Shown in pieces: positions 1-13,222 of a stretch of DNA of 64,000 nucleotides. Source of the stretch: Syncephalis fuscata S228 (taxonomy: Eukaryota; Fungi; Zoopagomycota); contig JAHLTZ010000032.1 in assembly GCA_025786725.1 (NCBI GenBank), forward strand, positions 248,328-312,327. Reading direction: 5' to 3'. Numbering within the stretch: position 1 is the first letter of the stretch; every line of letters starts with the position of its first letter. Made by a program: the position numbers and the translations under genes. The notes beneath the pieces are model-generated. The model was given only the letters and a program-made list of their open reading frames with translations. It made no database searches and had not been told where the DNA came from.

Positions 1-1634
1 GTAGGGCCGGTCAAGTCACTTAGGTAATTAGTTTGCGTTCTACATGAGTGGATAGAATGGAAACTAAATAGCAATATCTAACACTATAATAGACTTATGT
101 TTGACCGTGAAACGGGAAAGCCGCGCGGCTATGGATTCTGTGAGTTTTTTGATGCCGAAACTGCTGGTAGTGCCGTAAGAAATTATAAGCTATTATGGTA
201 TCCTTTATTATTAGTGTTGTTACGTAAATACACGTTACAATAGGTATTAAACATAGCTGAGAATTACAGCGGTCTCTCTGGACATGAATGAACAAACGAA
301 CAAACGAATGAATAGCCATTGGTATTTATTCTATAGCAATACGTCATAGACGTATCAATGCTATGTAGTCAATGGAGGCGGCAATCTAAATGATTATCCA
401 CCTACCAATTCTTCTTCTTTACTGAGTAATTACGATGTAGGAGGCCGTCCATTACGTGTAGACTTTGCCGATGTTGAAATGACCCGACCCACTGGACAAG
501 ATGGACAACAACAACAACAACAGCAGCAGCAGCAGCAGCAACAACCTCCATCTCAATCAGGTTTGCCACCACCACCATTACCTTCATCTCAAATGGCACC
601 ATCTTCAATGGCTCAGTCAGGTCCTGGCTCTTTAGGTCAACGTGGACCACCACCAAATACAAGAGATTATCGACCTTATGACGAGGTATACATATTAATG
701 AATCATTTGTCATTTATAGCTTACAAGTGATAATACCCATAGCGACCACGACATGCCGGTCTACCCGATGATAGTATGGGCCATCCAGGTGGACAGTCCT
801 CACAGCCACCGACACCCAATGTACCATCTACTGAACTTATTGCCAAAGCATTGGCTAATTTAAATCAGTCGCAATTACTAGAAGTTATACGGCAATTAAA
901 GGCAAGTATATTTTTTTAGTTGCTTACTATACAATTAACTATAACAATCTGTATATCATATTAGGCTCTGGCTGTAACACATCCTCACCAAGTACGTACT
1001 CTACTACAGCAAAATCCACAGCTATCCTACGCTGTGCTAGATTGTCTAGTCAAGTTGGGGCTAGTAGATACAATGGCTATTCAAGTAAGTTATACCAATA
1101 CAATAATAGCTATGCAGTTGAATCTAAATAATGCCATTTATTCTACTATAATACATAGAGAGCCCAAGGTGGACAGATGACTGGACATGCTATGGGTGGA
1201 CTTGCTCAGCCAGCAGCACAGCCACCACCACCACCACCAACATCACTTCAATCGGCCTATGATTTAGTTAATACGCTTAATCTTTCTATGCCACCACCAC
1301 CACCAACAGGAGGAGGAGTGTCACCCAATCAACTACCACCGCCACCACCACCTAATGTAGCTGCACTAGGTAAGTAATTATATTACAACAACAATCAATT
1401 GATTATATATATGTATATGTATGTCCAGGCGGTGCAGTGGATCCATTACAGCAACAAGCAGCCTTGCTTCAATTGTTCAGTCTAACTCCTCAACAAATTG
1501 ATCAATTGCCACCAGCTGAACGAGCCATTATATTGCAACTGGTAAGTATCGACTATTACGCTATTATAACAAACGTTACTGACTAGTTGAACCGATGATA
1601 ATAGCGTAGCCAATTGGGCGCTGGTTCAGTATAA
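1..1634 (+). CDS. RNA15: Cleavage stimulation factor 64 kDa subunit / Rna15 (5' end outside window, multi-exon)
   Basis: Spliced RRM reads [53 protein letters not shown]; hinge exon ([34 protein letters not shown]); Pro-rich region; C-terminal [24 protein letters not shown]; stop at 1632-1634. Includes a GC-AG intron at 902-964. Confidence 0.9.
185..422 (+). other. Putative AT-AC intron in the CSTF2/RNA15 RRM
   Basis: Removing 185-422 (ATAAGC...TTTAC) gives [20 protein letters not shown], the expected RRM; no clean GT-AG solution does this. Confidence 0.6.
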
Positions 1635-1759
1635 TCAGCAATGCTTATTGTGCTATTACTTGAATAAACCAAAGAAAACATTTAGTCATAATAAACAATT
1701 TAGTAGATGGGTCATAGCAACAACAATGGTTTAATAGAGTCTAGTGTCTACAATGCTAT

Positions 1760-2541
1760 TTAACGTGCTTGGCCATACTGAACATTACCGCGCTGTTGGC
1801 GTTTTTCCATTTTTTGTTGTCGTTTACTCTTGGATGCTTCTTGATCTCCTCCTTTGTTGCCATTACCGCCAAAGCCTAACATAGGGGCTACAAATCCCCA
1901 GATACTATAGAAGGCATAACATGGAATCTACAGATGGTAGACGGTTAGTGTGTTGTTATTGTATCTCCAGACCAGTGGCACTTACCACTAGATAGAACCA
2001 CCAAACAGACGACCAAGCTAGACTGCCTAGATGCACGAACCAAGTGACATATAGAATATCAAACATATAACTAGACCAGTGCCCATTCAAATGTCCAAAT
2101 TAATCCAAAATGGATAAGAGTAGCCATCAAGTACTTACGATGTAAGACCGGGTGCATTTAGATCGTCACCGCCCGAAACAATAGCGCCAGACATATCCCG
2201 TTGTGGCTGGGCCATACTTGCAAATTGGCGATAGATAAAAAGTGTAGGCAGCCAGGTGAGCAAATAGCGGATAACGCGATAAAATGTCACATCGGCATTG
2301 TACCAGCCAAATTGAACAACGATATACGTTATCTAATAAAAGTTTACCATACAATAAACAATGATCAGCGCACTTGGACTTTATGATTTGTATAATACTA
2401 ATTACATTAACGATTAGCATGCCCCATTGGACGTTACGTAGAATACGTGCGTTTTCAATTGCTGTTTTCTTGGCTGATTTGTTTGCCTAAAGAAAAGTGC
2501 GTTAGAATCGGTATGAAGCAAAGTAGCAAGCTATTTACCAT
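1760..2541 (-). CDS. SND2: SRP-independent targeting protein SND2/TMEM208 (multi-exon)
   Basis: ATG-only first exon, then ANKSAKKTAIENAR; GDDLNAPGLT-YMFDILYVTWFVHL; C-terminal EASKSKRQQKMEKRQQRG. Confidence 0.85.
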
Positions 2542-3610
2542 GTTGGGTGTCACAAAAAGGAAAGAGATGAGTTGCGATAATTAATTTACAAATTATAACA
2601 GCTACTTTTACGTATTAATTATGGTAACAACACAACATTTTACGTTTATTAATTAAAATCAATAAAATTTCTGTAAATACGCTATTACTGCTGCATGTAT
2701 ATCTATGTTGTAAATCGTGCAATAATAACCTGCCATCTATACTGCCCAACAAGTGGCATCAAGCCATTCGGTATCAAGCTACTTGGCTGTAATGATCAGC
2801 TTGTAGACTAGCACGTTGCTTATTTCCATTTTAATAAGAGCAATTTCGCTTAAACTTAACGTAGAGTGCACGTTACGCAAACGACCAAGTGGTATGTGCG
2901 CTGTAGGACGTCAGAAATTAAGCCGGTGATTTGCTGCTTTACATAAAATCACTGAGAAGGACCCTTTTGCCTATAGCGAAGAACGGCTGGTTTAAGCAAC
3001 ATGGCTCAATATGGCTCGGCAATAGTGTCTAGCCTTTGCGCAACTAGGTGTTACGAAGCCATAATAGCAGACGGGCGATGATCCGCGACAAGCATCGTTC
3101 CATAAAGGTCAGATTAAGCAATATTTGACCTAGTCGGGATAGTAGTACACGTGCCACTTAAAAAGCAAAGCCACGTCCAGCAACATACGCCACAATACAG
3201 TGCTGATTATTAGCGTTTAGTACATTGTATTTAGTGTATAATTTACTACTAAATATCTATTATATTACAGTATATTCTATCATTTGTTTATTTATTATCT
3301 ATTTGCTATAATGAACCCAAATTAACGTGGCGGTGTTGCTATTTAATCAACGGAGTTTTAACACTAAGCATGGCTGCAGTTCCGCTCGAGTTACCTAAAA
3401 AGGATGAGCATTGTTCGTTGTAACTTTAGCGTTACTCGATAATGACTGCTATTCAGCTATATATATACTCTGCCAATTGTACTGCATTTCTTTGCTTCCA
3501 TAGCTACTCTTGTATCTAGTTCTTATTCTATTCTGTTCTATTCTACTAGCACGACGACAACTATCACTGCCATTATTTTATTACTTTTACTACTATCACT
3601 TCTTATCACC

Positions 3611-4374
3611 ATGTCTACGGATCGCGTCGCGCTTATTGAAAAGGCCGCACAGGCTCAAACATACGGCCGCTACGAGGAAATGTTTGAATCGATCGTCAAG
3701 GCTATTCGAATTGATAAGAATGTCAATCTTGAAGAAATGAAGCTGCTCTCGTTTGCCTATAAAACCGTAATTGCCCTCCGTCGTGCTCGTTGGCGCATGC
3801 TTAACATGAGTGAAGAGCGTGTATCGGCCGAGGGCGATAATCTACGGATTGAGCAAGTTAAACAAGATCGCAGCCAAGTCCGGGATGAACTATTAAAGAT
3901 TTGTCAAGAATTTGATAGTATATTCGGCGAGAATCTTATTCGTGATGTCCAGCCTGCTGAATGTCATTTGCTATATTATAAAATGTACGTATTATTGCTA
4001 CTTGATTTATTAGCACCATAACTAATCGATTTTATAGGAAAGGCAACTACTACCGGTTTATGACTGAGTTTTCACTTGGACCCACATGTCAAGAAAGTGT
4101 AGCTGCGGCCGAAATTGCCTACGTGCATGCAACCGAAATTGCTCGGTCCAAGTTTGAGCCAGTCCATTCACTTCGTCTTCATGTAGCATTAAACCATGCA
4201 ACATTCCGCTACGAGATTTGCAATGACACAGAACATGCCTACGAGATTGCCCAAAAAGCAGTCGACGAAGCAGATGCCATGATCAATGATCTATCTGAGA
4301 AAACCTACCACGATAGCATTTTTATGCTAAAACTATTGAAAGACCAATTAAGCGTTTGGGATGCTAATTTCTAA
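3611..4374 (+). CDS. Divergent 14-3-3 family protein (intron 3985-4037)
   Basis: LLSFAYK..RRARWR, YYKMKGNYYRF, P.HSLRLHVALN..F.YEI, LSEKTYHDSIFMLKLLKDQLSVW are 14-3-3 motifs. Confidence 0.9.
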
Positions 4375-4479
4375 TTCTTCGATCGGCTCTTATTACTGTG
4401 CATATAAACTTTTTCGTTTTTCTTAATAAAATGGTCATTTATATATATATATGGTTTATTTAATTAGTTAGGTCATCAT

Positions 4480-6065
4480 TTACAAACACGTAAGATGATA
4501 GGCTTGTCGGTGAAACGACAGACTAGCCAAACCATTAACGGCCAGTATCTCGGCTCCTTTCTCGTCGACCGTAACAATTGGATAGCGAGCAACTGGTGGA
4601 AGGAACTTGTTAGACGGTGAGTCGAAGCAGAATAATTTATTACAAGTTTGACAAGGTCGTATCATTAAATCGTGATGACTCACTAGCCAATCCTAATTAA
4701 AAAATACAATAATTAATTAGAAAACTATTGTGTATTATGGATTAGTAATGATTACCAGAAAATAAATAACTGCTAGTTTCGGATAGTCCATTTCAAGTTG
4801 ATCGGCCACTAATGTTGCATTGCTGGTCATCATACGATAAGCTGACCATGGTGATTCCTCCCAAGTGGACTAAATTGATTAATTAACATGTTAAATTAAA
4901 TACTCACCAATGGCACATTTACTTACTCGATCTTTGGCCGTCTCACGAATAATAATACGATAAAGAATTAAATCGTTATTTCTTAATCCAATATCTAATA
5001 AAGCCACAAATGTATCGTTGACTTTCATCTAAATCGTGCAATATTAGTAATATTCTTTAATACTGCCACTATTGTTTACTTCAATGCCTTGTGATAATCC
5101 AGTCATTCCATTCATATAATTTACTGCAACATTAACATTGGACTGTTGTGCTCTGGACACTAATGAAGGAATTACTTTAGTTTTTAATATATCTCGTACA
5201 GGATGAGCTGCTGTTTCTGATTTGACTATATCCGACAATGATACATCTTGCCTATAATAAATAATAATAATAAATAAATAATACTACTATACAATCAATA
5301 TTACATTATAGAATCTTCTTCAATAGAGCTCACTATAGGTGATTGTGCTCTATGCTGTTGATCATGTCGTCTCCATGATTCAAATCGTGTTTTCATTTGA
5401 TCTTTAACAAGTCTATTAATTAATTAATTAATCAGTCAATTATAATAATTATATTAAAATATCATCTATTATTACCTCATAACTTCCGTTTGATCTATCG
5501 TAGATCGTGTATTAGATGTATTAATATTTGGTTTTCTATAATAACAATAACAACAACAATAATAATAAATTATCTTATTAATGTTATTTGTAATATCAAT
5601 TACATATCCTGTTCTTTAGTCGATACATTTATATTAGGTACTGGTAACTGATTAATAGCTTTAAATAGATCTATCAAATGTATGTCAGCATTATTTTAAC
5701 TAACTAGTTTATAATACTTACCCGTTTGTTGCTGTACTTGAGTATTCAATTTAGTCAATTGATCTAATGCTGTTTGAGCCAATAATTGATATTGATCGGC
5801 ACTTTTCTCCTCTAATATATTATATTCAATATACATATATACACTATTAATATATCTAATATACCTGCTATTGATGTAACTGTATTCATATCTTGTAACA
5901 GTGTATGAGCAGCACTACGCACACCACGAATCTATATATAAATAGCCATATATATATATATATATATAAAAGATAGTTTAGTATCAACTAGATTCTATAT
6001 ACAAAAATTACCTGTGCCAACATGCTATCAACTGCCTCAACACGACTTGTAATAGACGTGGCCAT
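4480..6065 (-). CDS. MED27: Mediator subunit MED27-like (multi-exon)
   Basis: C-terminal W..SHHDL..RPCQTCNKL..LPPVAR..AYHLTCL zinc-binding tail; PWEESPWSAYRMMTSNA segment; ATG at 6065. Confidence 0.7.
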
Positions 6066-6346
6066 ATTGTATTGCTTAATTCAATTTATATGTTAATACT
6101 ATATAAATTCCAATAGAACCTGTAGTGCCAAAAGAGAAGAGAAACGAGAAGAGCACAATAGAAAACGGTGACGCGACTTTCCTCCACTTTCCATTTTCCT
6201 TCTTTCGCCTTCCTTCTTTCTTCTCGCGGATCTCCAGTGTTATTGTCGTACCTGTACTTTTGCTACTCTTTCTCGTTTAGTTGCAACGTCTTCGACAGCT
6301 TTCTTCTTCTTTTCACGTTCTTTCTGTATTTGCGCATCACATTATT

Positions 6347-6507
6347 ATGAGTGTGGTCAACATTCTCAACGTGCAAGTCTATGACGCACAAACTTTGTTT
6401 ACTACACCTTTTAAATTGGATATCAAGTTTGAATGCATTTCTGAACTTAAAGAAGGTAATATATTTGTTTACATGCTATATTGTTTATTTGTTTAATATA
6501 AATGCTG

Positions 6508-6544
<37 letters not shown>

Positions 6545-7144
6545 GCTTAATAGATCTGGAATGGAAGCTGATCTATGTCAGTTCAGCTTTATCTGAAGAA
6601 CATGACCAGGTTCTTGACTCAATTATGGTCGGTCCAGTGCCGGTTGGTGTTAACCAGTTCACCTTTGAAGTAAGAACATATACTAATGACTCATAATTAC
6701 AATAGTACTAATAAACAACGATACTTTTAATTGTGACACTAGACTGATGCACCAAACTTGAGTTTAATCCCACCAGCTGAACTACTCGATGTTACCGTGC
6801 TATTGTTGACATGCTCTTATCGAGGCAAGGAATTTGTACGCATTGGCTATTACGTCAATGTTGGCTATTTAGACGAGGAATTAAAGGAAAATCCACCTGC
6901 ATCACCCATTGTGGATAAGCTGTATCGTAACGTATTGGCTGAAAAGCCCAAAGTCACTCGTTACTCAATCCCATGGTAAGTTATTAAATGAAAATACACG
7001 TCAATCATACTAATGACACCATAACAATAACAATAATAACAACAATACAATATAAATAGGGATACCAATGCTGATGATCCATTAGTAACTGAACACCAAA
7101 TGGCCGATCAAACTATTTCAACCTCAACTTCTATGGCCATGTAA
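6347..7144 (+). CDS. ASF1: Histone H3-H4 chaperone ASF1 (4 exons)
   Basis: [78 protein letters not shown]. Confidence 0.95.
6508..6543. repeat. (AAT)n microsatellite in an ASF1 intron
   Basis: Direct inspection. Confidence 0.9.
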
Positions 7145-7408
7145 TAGCAGAATTACACTCATCTACGAAAGAGAGAAAGGAGGAAAGAGATGCCAAATAT
7201 TATTAAATCCAATTTGTACTCAATTCTCTGCATATCAAATGAATAACATGTCATTGTTCTACTTTTACTTAAATAACTCGTTAGATATAGTGTATGCAAT
7301 CCATTTCGATCTTTCATTGAGTCAAACACAATAACAAGCAGATAATAAAGACATGGATTAACACATACGAGAGCATGATCATAAGATCTGATCTACTTTA
7401 TAGAAAAT

Positions 7409-8415
7409 TTAAGCAGATTCCTTGCCCTTGGAGTATTGGGTGCGATCGCGACGCTCAATGGCGACTTGGCGATCCTTGGTCAAGTGCAATTTGGTGATGA
7501 CCACGTTGGATGGGTGGATACCGACGGGGATGGAGGCACCTAATGCGTATCATATCGATATTTAATTAATATTATTACAAATTACGCTATTTGTTTGTTT
7601 TTTACTTACCGTTGACCTTGTCGCGTGTAACACGTTCGATGTGGATGACCCACTTCTTACGGTAGACTTGCACCACCTTGCCTTCACGTCCCTTATAGGT
7701 ACCGCGTACCACTTGGACTTCATCATCGGCGCGAATGGGAACCGAGCGAACCTATTTGTTAATAATAGGTAACGCGTAAGTATGGGCTGATTAAGCAATG
7801 CATAGTCGATGTATGCTGGCATTTAGCGCTATTTATGCTGCTATACTTACGTGGTGCTTTTCACGGAGATCCTTGGAGAGCTGAGAGCTCATGATCTTGT
7901 GGCGCAAGTGGGATGGAGCCGAGAAGTGTGCCTTGCGGCACTTGCGGCGCGAGGAGGAAACGTCTATTGAATAGCAACCAAACAAATAGTAATTAGTATT
8001 GCTATTGCTATTATAACTATCTCTACTTTGTATATAGTATGTAATAAACAAGTAGTAATACTCGTATATTAAGACATATATGTTTGCCTTAATGATTCAG
8101 TTATTACGCAAATGTTTATACCATTGAATAAAACATGCTGACTGCTACTAAATTACTGATTCAAGTACTAGTAATAAAGAATGCTGGTCGTCGTTACTAT
8201 GCTAACTAATAGTAAGGTACGCGCGGCCTAGTTTATATAGACCGTCTTTGTACTGCTATCAGTATAGATATTGAAGCTAGACGGCAGCATATATCCACGA
8301 GTATAGCTATACCGTCCATTCATCCATCCATATATGCATCCATCCATCCATCCATCCATATATCTAATGGTTATCTAAGTGTCTATACATGCTACATACC
8401 TTGGCTGAACTTCAT
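7409..8415 (-). CDS. RPL26: 60S ribosomal protein L26 (uL24), 4 exons, long first intron
   Basis: [78 protein letters not shown]. Confidence 0.96.
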
Positions 8416-8649
8416 CGCGACAGGCTACGACTGGCGAAAGCGACTAATGCGATTCTTTGCCAAATGGAAGAGGAGGAGGAGCCCGTTTGCTGGTTGGGCG
8501 GGCAGTGTCACTCTGTTGAGTGGTGGTCGCAGCTGTCGCCATGAGTGAGCGGCTATTTCTCCCTCATTGTGTATATGTGTGTGTGCGTGTGAATGATAAT
8601 AATAATAATAAGTAATCACCAAAAACTGTATCCTTATAATCACGTGACT

Positions 8650-10322
8650 TTATTCATCCTTTACATGTTTCTTTTCCTGTTGTGGTCGATACCAAAACTG
8701 ATAATAGGCATATACGCTTAGTGAAGTCATAAAGAAACACCAAAACAAAATAACACTTAAAGGCGCAGATTCGGTAAATTCACCACGGCTATACTTGACA
8801 ATGACCAATAATTCAGTGGCAATATTGGCCAGTTGAAGCCAAGAGTGCGACCCAAGTCGTTTACAATCCCTATAGCATTTAAAGTTAATTAATAATAACA
8901 GTAATAAAATAAACACTTACTTGTTTGATGCATATTCATATATTCACGCATTGCTGGAACGCTAAATGCAAACATAATAGCCAAACGGAAAGTTACAAGC
9001 CAATGTTCTGGTGGAATCCAAAATAGATACTTAAGATAAAAGACATTGACTTCACAGGCTAGCCACTAGATATTCCATTGCTATGTATTAGTAGTTGCAT
9101 ATCCGTAAACCCATTTAACTTACAATAGCTGATAGCACAAGCATCATACTGAATTTTTTAAAACTCTTATTGGCACCCCATTCAAATTTGGTCCAACTAT
9201 GCGGTGTAAATTGCTGTACAGTACGTCGTACTTTGCCCGAATACTCGGGAATATCACGAATACCCTCCCAACGATATCCCTATTAACAGCCATTAAACCT
9301 TGCTATTAAATATTATAATAAATTGAATTTACCTTCATTTCAAGATATTGACACGTCTTCATACCGAAATAAATGCCCAACCAATTGCAAACTAATACAT
9401 CCAAAATCCACTATTAAAAATAATAATTAGCTAATATTGCTTATATAATAGTAACACTTACATGATCCCACCAACATTCAGCGAAATTAGGCAATTGATG
9501 TTGTAGGGAATATTCCATAATTTCAAAAAATACTGACATAATCCACGCGAACGTATAATCGCGAATAATCATTGCTTTGGCCCACCAGCCAAAGGCATGG
9601 GCAAATACAAATATATCTATTTGATTCATCAAATTATCCCAACTAAGTTCGCAGTTATCAGCATAAGAACGCTCCGGTAAAGGTGCGCCCAATTCTGGTG
9701 AAATATAAGCAAATAGTTTACGTGTATCTTCCTTATTCTGTATACCATTATAGTTTATTTATTAATTAATTAACTAATGCTATTATTAAAACTACTTACT
9801 TGAAACAATATAAACGTTAGAAACATTTGATACAAAACACTAATGCCTAAAGATATACGCCATACAGCTGGATGTGGACGAATAAATGGACCATCTCGGA
9901 ATTGTATAAGTCCTATAACTAGAAATGTAATACAGCAAATAACAATGCCTCTAGATAGTATAATTAATACACATAATGCTATATAAGTAACTATTTACCG
10001 CTTGATATTAGTCACTCGATCGCCATCATCGGTAAGTAGAGCCAGATACACAAATACAGCGAGTGTTACGAGTAGTAGTGAAATGTTATGCGGTTTATCT
10101 ATTATAAATACATTCTTTATTATCAGTTCATGTCGTTATAGTCTATCCATATGACTTACAAAGAAATGTAATAGTTGGATCTATTTCATCGGCAAAAGGT
10201 TTAGTAAAGATGTGATCGCGATTGACACGTCTGGTCGACAGTTCAGCAGACTCGGTGATTGCGGAGGCATCACTGGAATCTCCAGGGTCTTGCGCGGAAT
10301 ATCTTTGGCCACGAGTACGCAT
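8650..10322 (-). CDS. Base-exchange phosphatidylserine synthase (PTDSS/PSS family), multi-exon
   Basis: [97 protein letters not shown]. Confidence 0.92.
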
Positions 10323-10650
10323 AGTTGTTCATACAAATAGGTGCGTACCAGTGGAGTCTACACTACTGCCAGAAACCGCCGTAAAACCGCCGAGAAAAGA
10401 CAAAGCAATGCAAGAAATAAACAACAGCGGTAGAATCACCTCACTTGCAATGTGATAGGAAAGGAATAGGATAGCCAAGGATGAGAAACAAGTGAAAAGA
10501 GAAGAGAATAGAGTCGGTAAAGTGTAAAGTCATCATTAAATGACGATCCATGATGACATGAATTTTTTGAATCTAGTTTTATTAAATAATCAAAACTGGA
10601 TCCATATACAAAGCATTAATACTTACACACTCTATCTTCAAGTATTGGCA

Positions 10651-11514
10651 TTAACAATGTGTAGCTGTAGTAAATTGTAGAGCAGATTGTTGTCTAATTC
10701 GTTCATATACTCGGTTAAACACTGAACTGGCTGGCTGTTCAGTCATTACTGGTTCGACAAAAAAGCCTTTAGGCCGATGCCGTTCCTTTGTATTACTTGA
10801 GGTTGATGATGATGATGATGCTGATGCTGCTGCTACTGCTGCTGCATTGGTTGTAGTTGTTTGAGTCCAATTAAGATAGCGAAGTTTACTTGGCTTGGAA
10901 AGAAAACACAGCTCAGATACTGGCATAGGATGTTCACGTCGTCCACCAAAGATATTTAATGTTTCCAATACAAGTGTATAATCTATTGGACGAGTATCGT
11001 CGACCAGTTTAATCGGTTTTATGTTTGGCTGGTCTTTTGGCATTTGCAGATAGATACGTGTAACATATGGACCAGTCATATAGTGTATAAGACTAATAGG
11101 CATAAGCGCAGATAGACCAGCTAAACATAAGTAATAAAGCAATTATTAAGTGTTAAATAAAATACTACGCGTTCATTTACCAACAGTAGCGGTCATATAC
11201 GGGTCATGTCCATAAACAAATATAGTAGGCACGGCAATAATGGCGCAAAGACCAAACATTGAAGCGCTTGCTTTGTATGCTTTAAGTGTATGGCTAAATG
11301 CGCCTGTATAAATAAGAAGACGTGACAAGGCTTTGTCGGCATTAATAGCTGTACGGGATCGTGTTGTGTAGTTACGACTATGATCTCTATTAAAACGTAA
11401 AGTACTCACAAAGCGCACTGCTGTTCCGTGCAAGCATGGTGTCACTACCCGTGCTAGACTAGAACGCATTGCTGTTGTTGTTGTTGTTAAGTGGACCGCA
11501 CAATGGAAGGCCAT
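10651..11514 (-). CDS. Mitochondrial TMEM70/TMEM186-like membrane protein (2 exons)
   Basis: Arg/Ser/Thr-rich presequence, LIYTGAF..LKAYK, two hydrophobic helices, PYVTRIYL and LETLNIFG motifs. Confidence 0.6.
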
Positions 11515-11600
11515 CGTTTAATAACAAAAAGTAAATATAGAAAATAAAAAGCCGCTCTTTATTTTTTCTATTAAATAGATTGATTCCTCTAATTCCTATA

Positions 11601-12954
11601 ATGCCAAAGAAATCACCAATACCTGCAAAGATAACTACTGGGTATGGCAAGCCTAGTAGCACTAGTAGCGGTAGTAACAATGATAGTAAGAAAAAGAAGT
11701 CTACAACTACTACAACAACACAACAACAATCAACGTCAAAAGCAAAAATACCATCAAGGCATAAGACATCAGATGAAAGATTTGCTCTACTTGGTAAAAA
11801 GATGCCTAAAGAATTGGGCCGTGATCCACCACAAGGTAATTAATTACTAAACATATAACTAATTTTAGTAACAATTAAATTACTATTGTTATTATAGCTA
11901 TACTTGATATGTTACGCGTAGCATTAAATGATACATTTGGAGCAACTGATTTTGAGACACGACTTCAACAAATTAAAGCACATTTTTACGTTCGGGATTA
12001 TAATGCCGTATTTTCAGAGCCAACTCACCTACCAGTATATGCTGCCCGTTACGTACCAGGCCGCTCTCTATGTTACTATCAAATGTTTACTCAACATCCT
12101 GCATTATTGGCACTATTGGCACGCCGTACTCGAATCTATGCACTAGGTGCTGGGGCAGGTAGTGAATTGGCTGCTATCATGGCCGCTATTGTTCATGTTA
12201 AAAATGCCAATAGCGATGGACGTATACCATTGACAAGCAGTATACCATCATCGACAACAGTAGCAGATGAACAGCCAGTAATAGTAGCAGATGAACAACA
12301 AGTAACACTACATATGCAAGATATTGCCGATTGGCAGGATGTTATTAAACGCATTGAAGCGACAGCACGCGATAAATGGAATATTCCTGCTGAACGTTTC
12401 AAATGTGAATTTTCACAAGGTAGTGTTTTAAACTTAGTCGGCCATGGCACTGAAGCATTAGCACCACTAGCTGACGACGATACAGCAAGTGGCGTACAAA
12501 CTAAGGATAAAGCAAATACATTAACCAGCGCAGAGGCTGAAGCTGAAGCGGATAAAGAGGCTATTTGTGCCGAAATTGAGCGTGCCGATTTAGTAACTGC
12601 AATGTTTGTTATGAATGAACTATTTACAGATAAACGACAGGCAATGCAATTAGTAAAAGCATTGGTGGCTCGTCTACGTCCAGGTGCTCATTTATTAGTA
12701 AGTAGTAGATAGTTTAGTAGAATCAGTATTAATTATCATTATAATGATAGCTTGTGGATTCAGCAGGCTCATTTTCAAATCTTAAAGTTGGTCAGCACAC
12801 GTATATGATCTATACGATATTCGATGCTCTTCATGCTTATTTTGAGCCGATAGTAAGTGAGGACAGTGAATGGTATCGGTATCCAAAACATTTGCACTAT
12901 CCATTGGAACTCAATAATATGCGCTATTTTATTCGTTTGTACCGTCGTCTATGA
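11601..12954 (+). CDS. BMT6: 25S rRNA uridine-N3 methyltransferase, BMT6-like (3 exons)
   Basis: LQQIKAHFYVRDY..VYAARYVPGRSLCY, LGAGAGSELAA SAM motif, DIADW, MFVMNELF, DSAGSFS, WYRYP..YPLELNNMRY. Confidence 0.85.
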
Positions 12955-13222
12955 TTATACAATAAATATTATTATTAAATGTTATTAAATTAAACAATTT
13001 AAAAGCTTAATTCATAGTTTACACAAAATGAGTCATGAAACGCGTTTAATTTCTTTATTTTGCTAATATTTGCTCGTTTCTTTTTATTAATTTACTCACC
13101 GTGCCTACTTCTTTCTTTCTCTCTTTCTCTCTTTCTCTCTCTCTTTCTTTTAGTAATACGCATTAGTTTAGCTACTCTTTAGTTATTGGTGGTGTTCAAT
13201 ATTACCAATTGCACTTGTTATA

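Noticed and set aside
244-300. GCTGAGA in the CSTF2 intron, suggesting a TPP riboswitch
   Set aside because: Downstream TPP elements (CCTGAT..TAAT..GCG.AGG) are absent and the gene is unrelated to thiamine.
7964-8399. Long RPL26 intron 1 as a snoRNA host
   Set aside because: No convincing C/D or H/ACA boxes; only a (CATC)n microsatellite.
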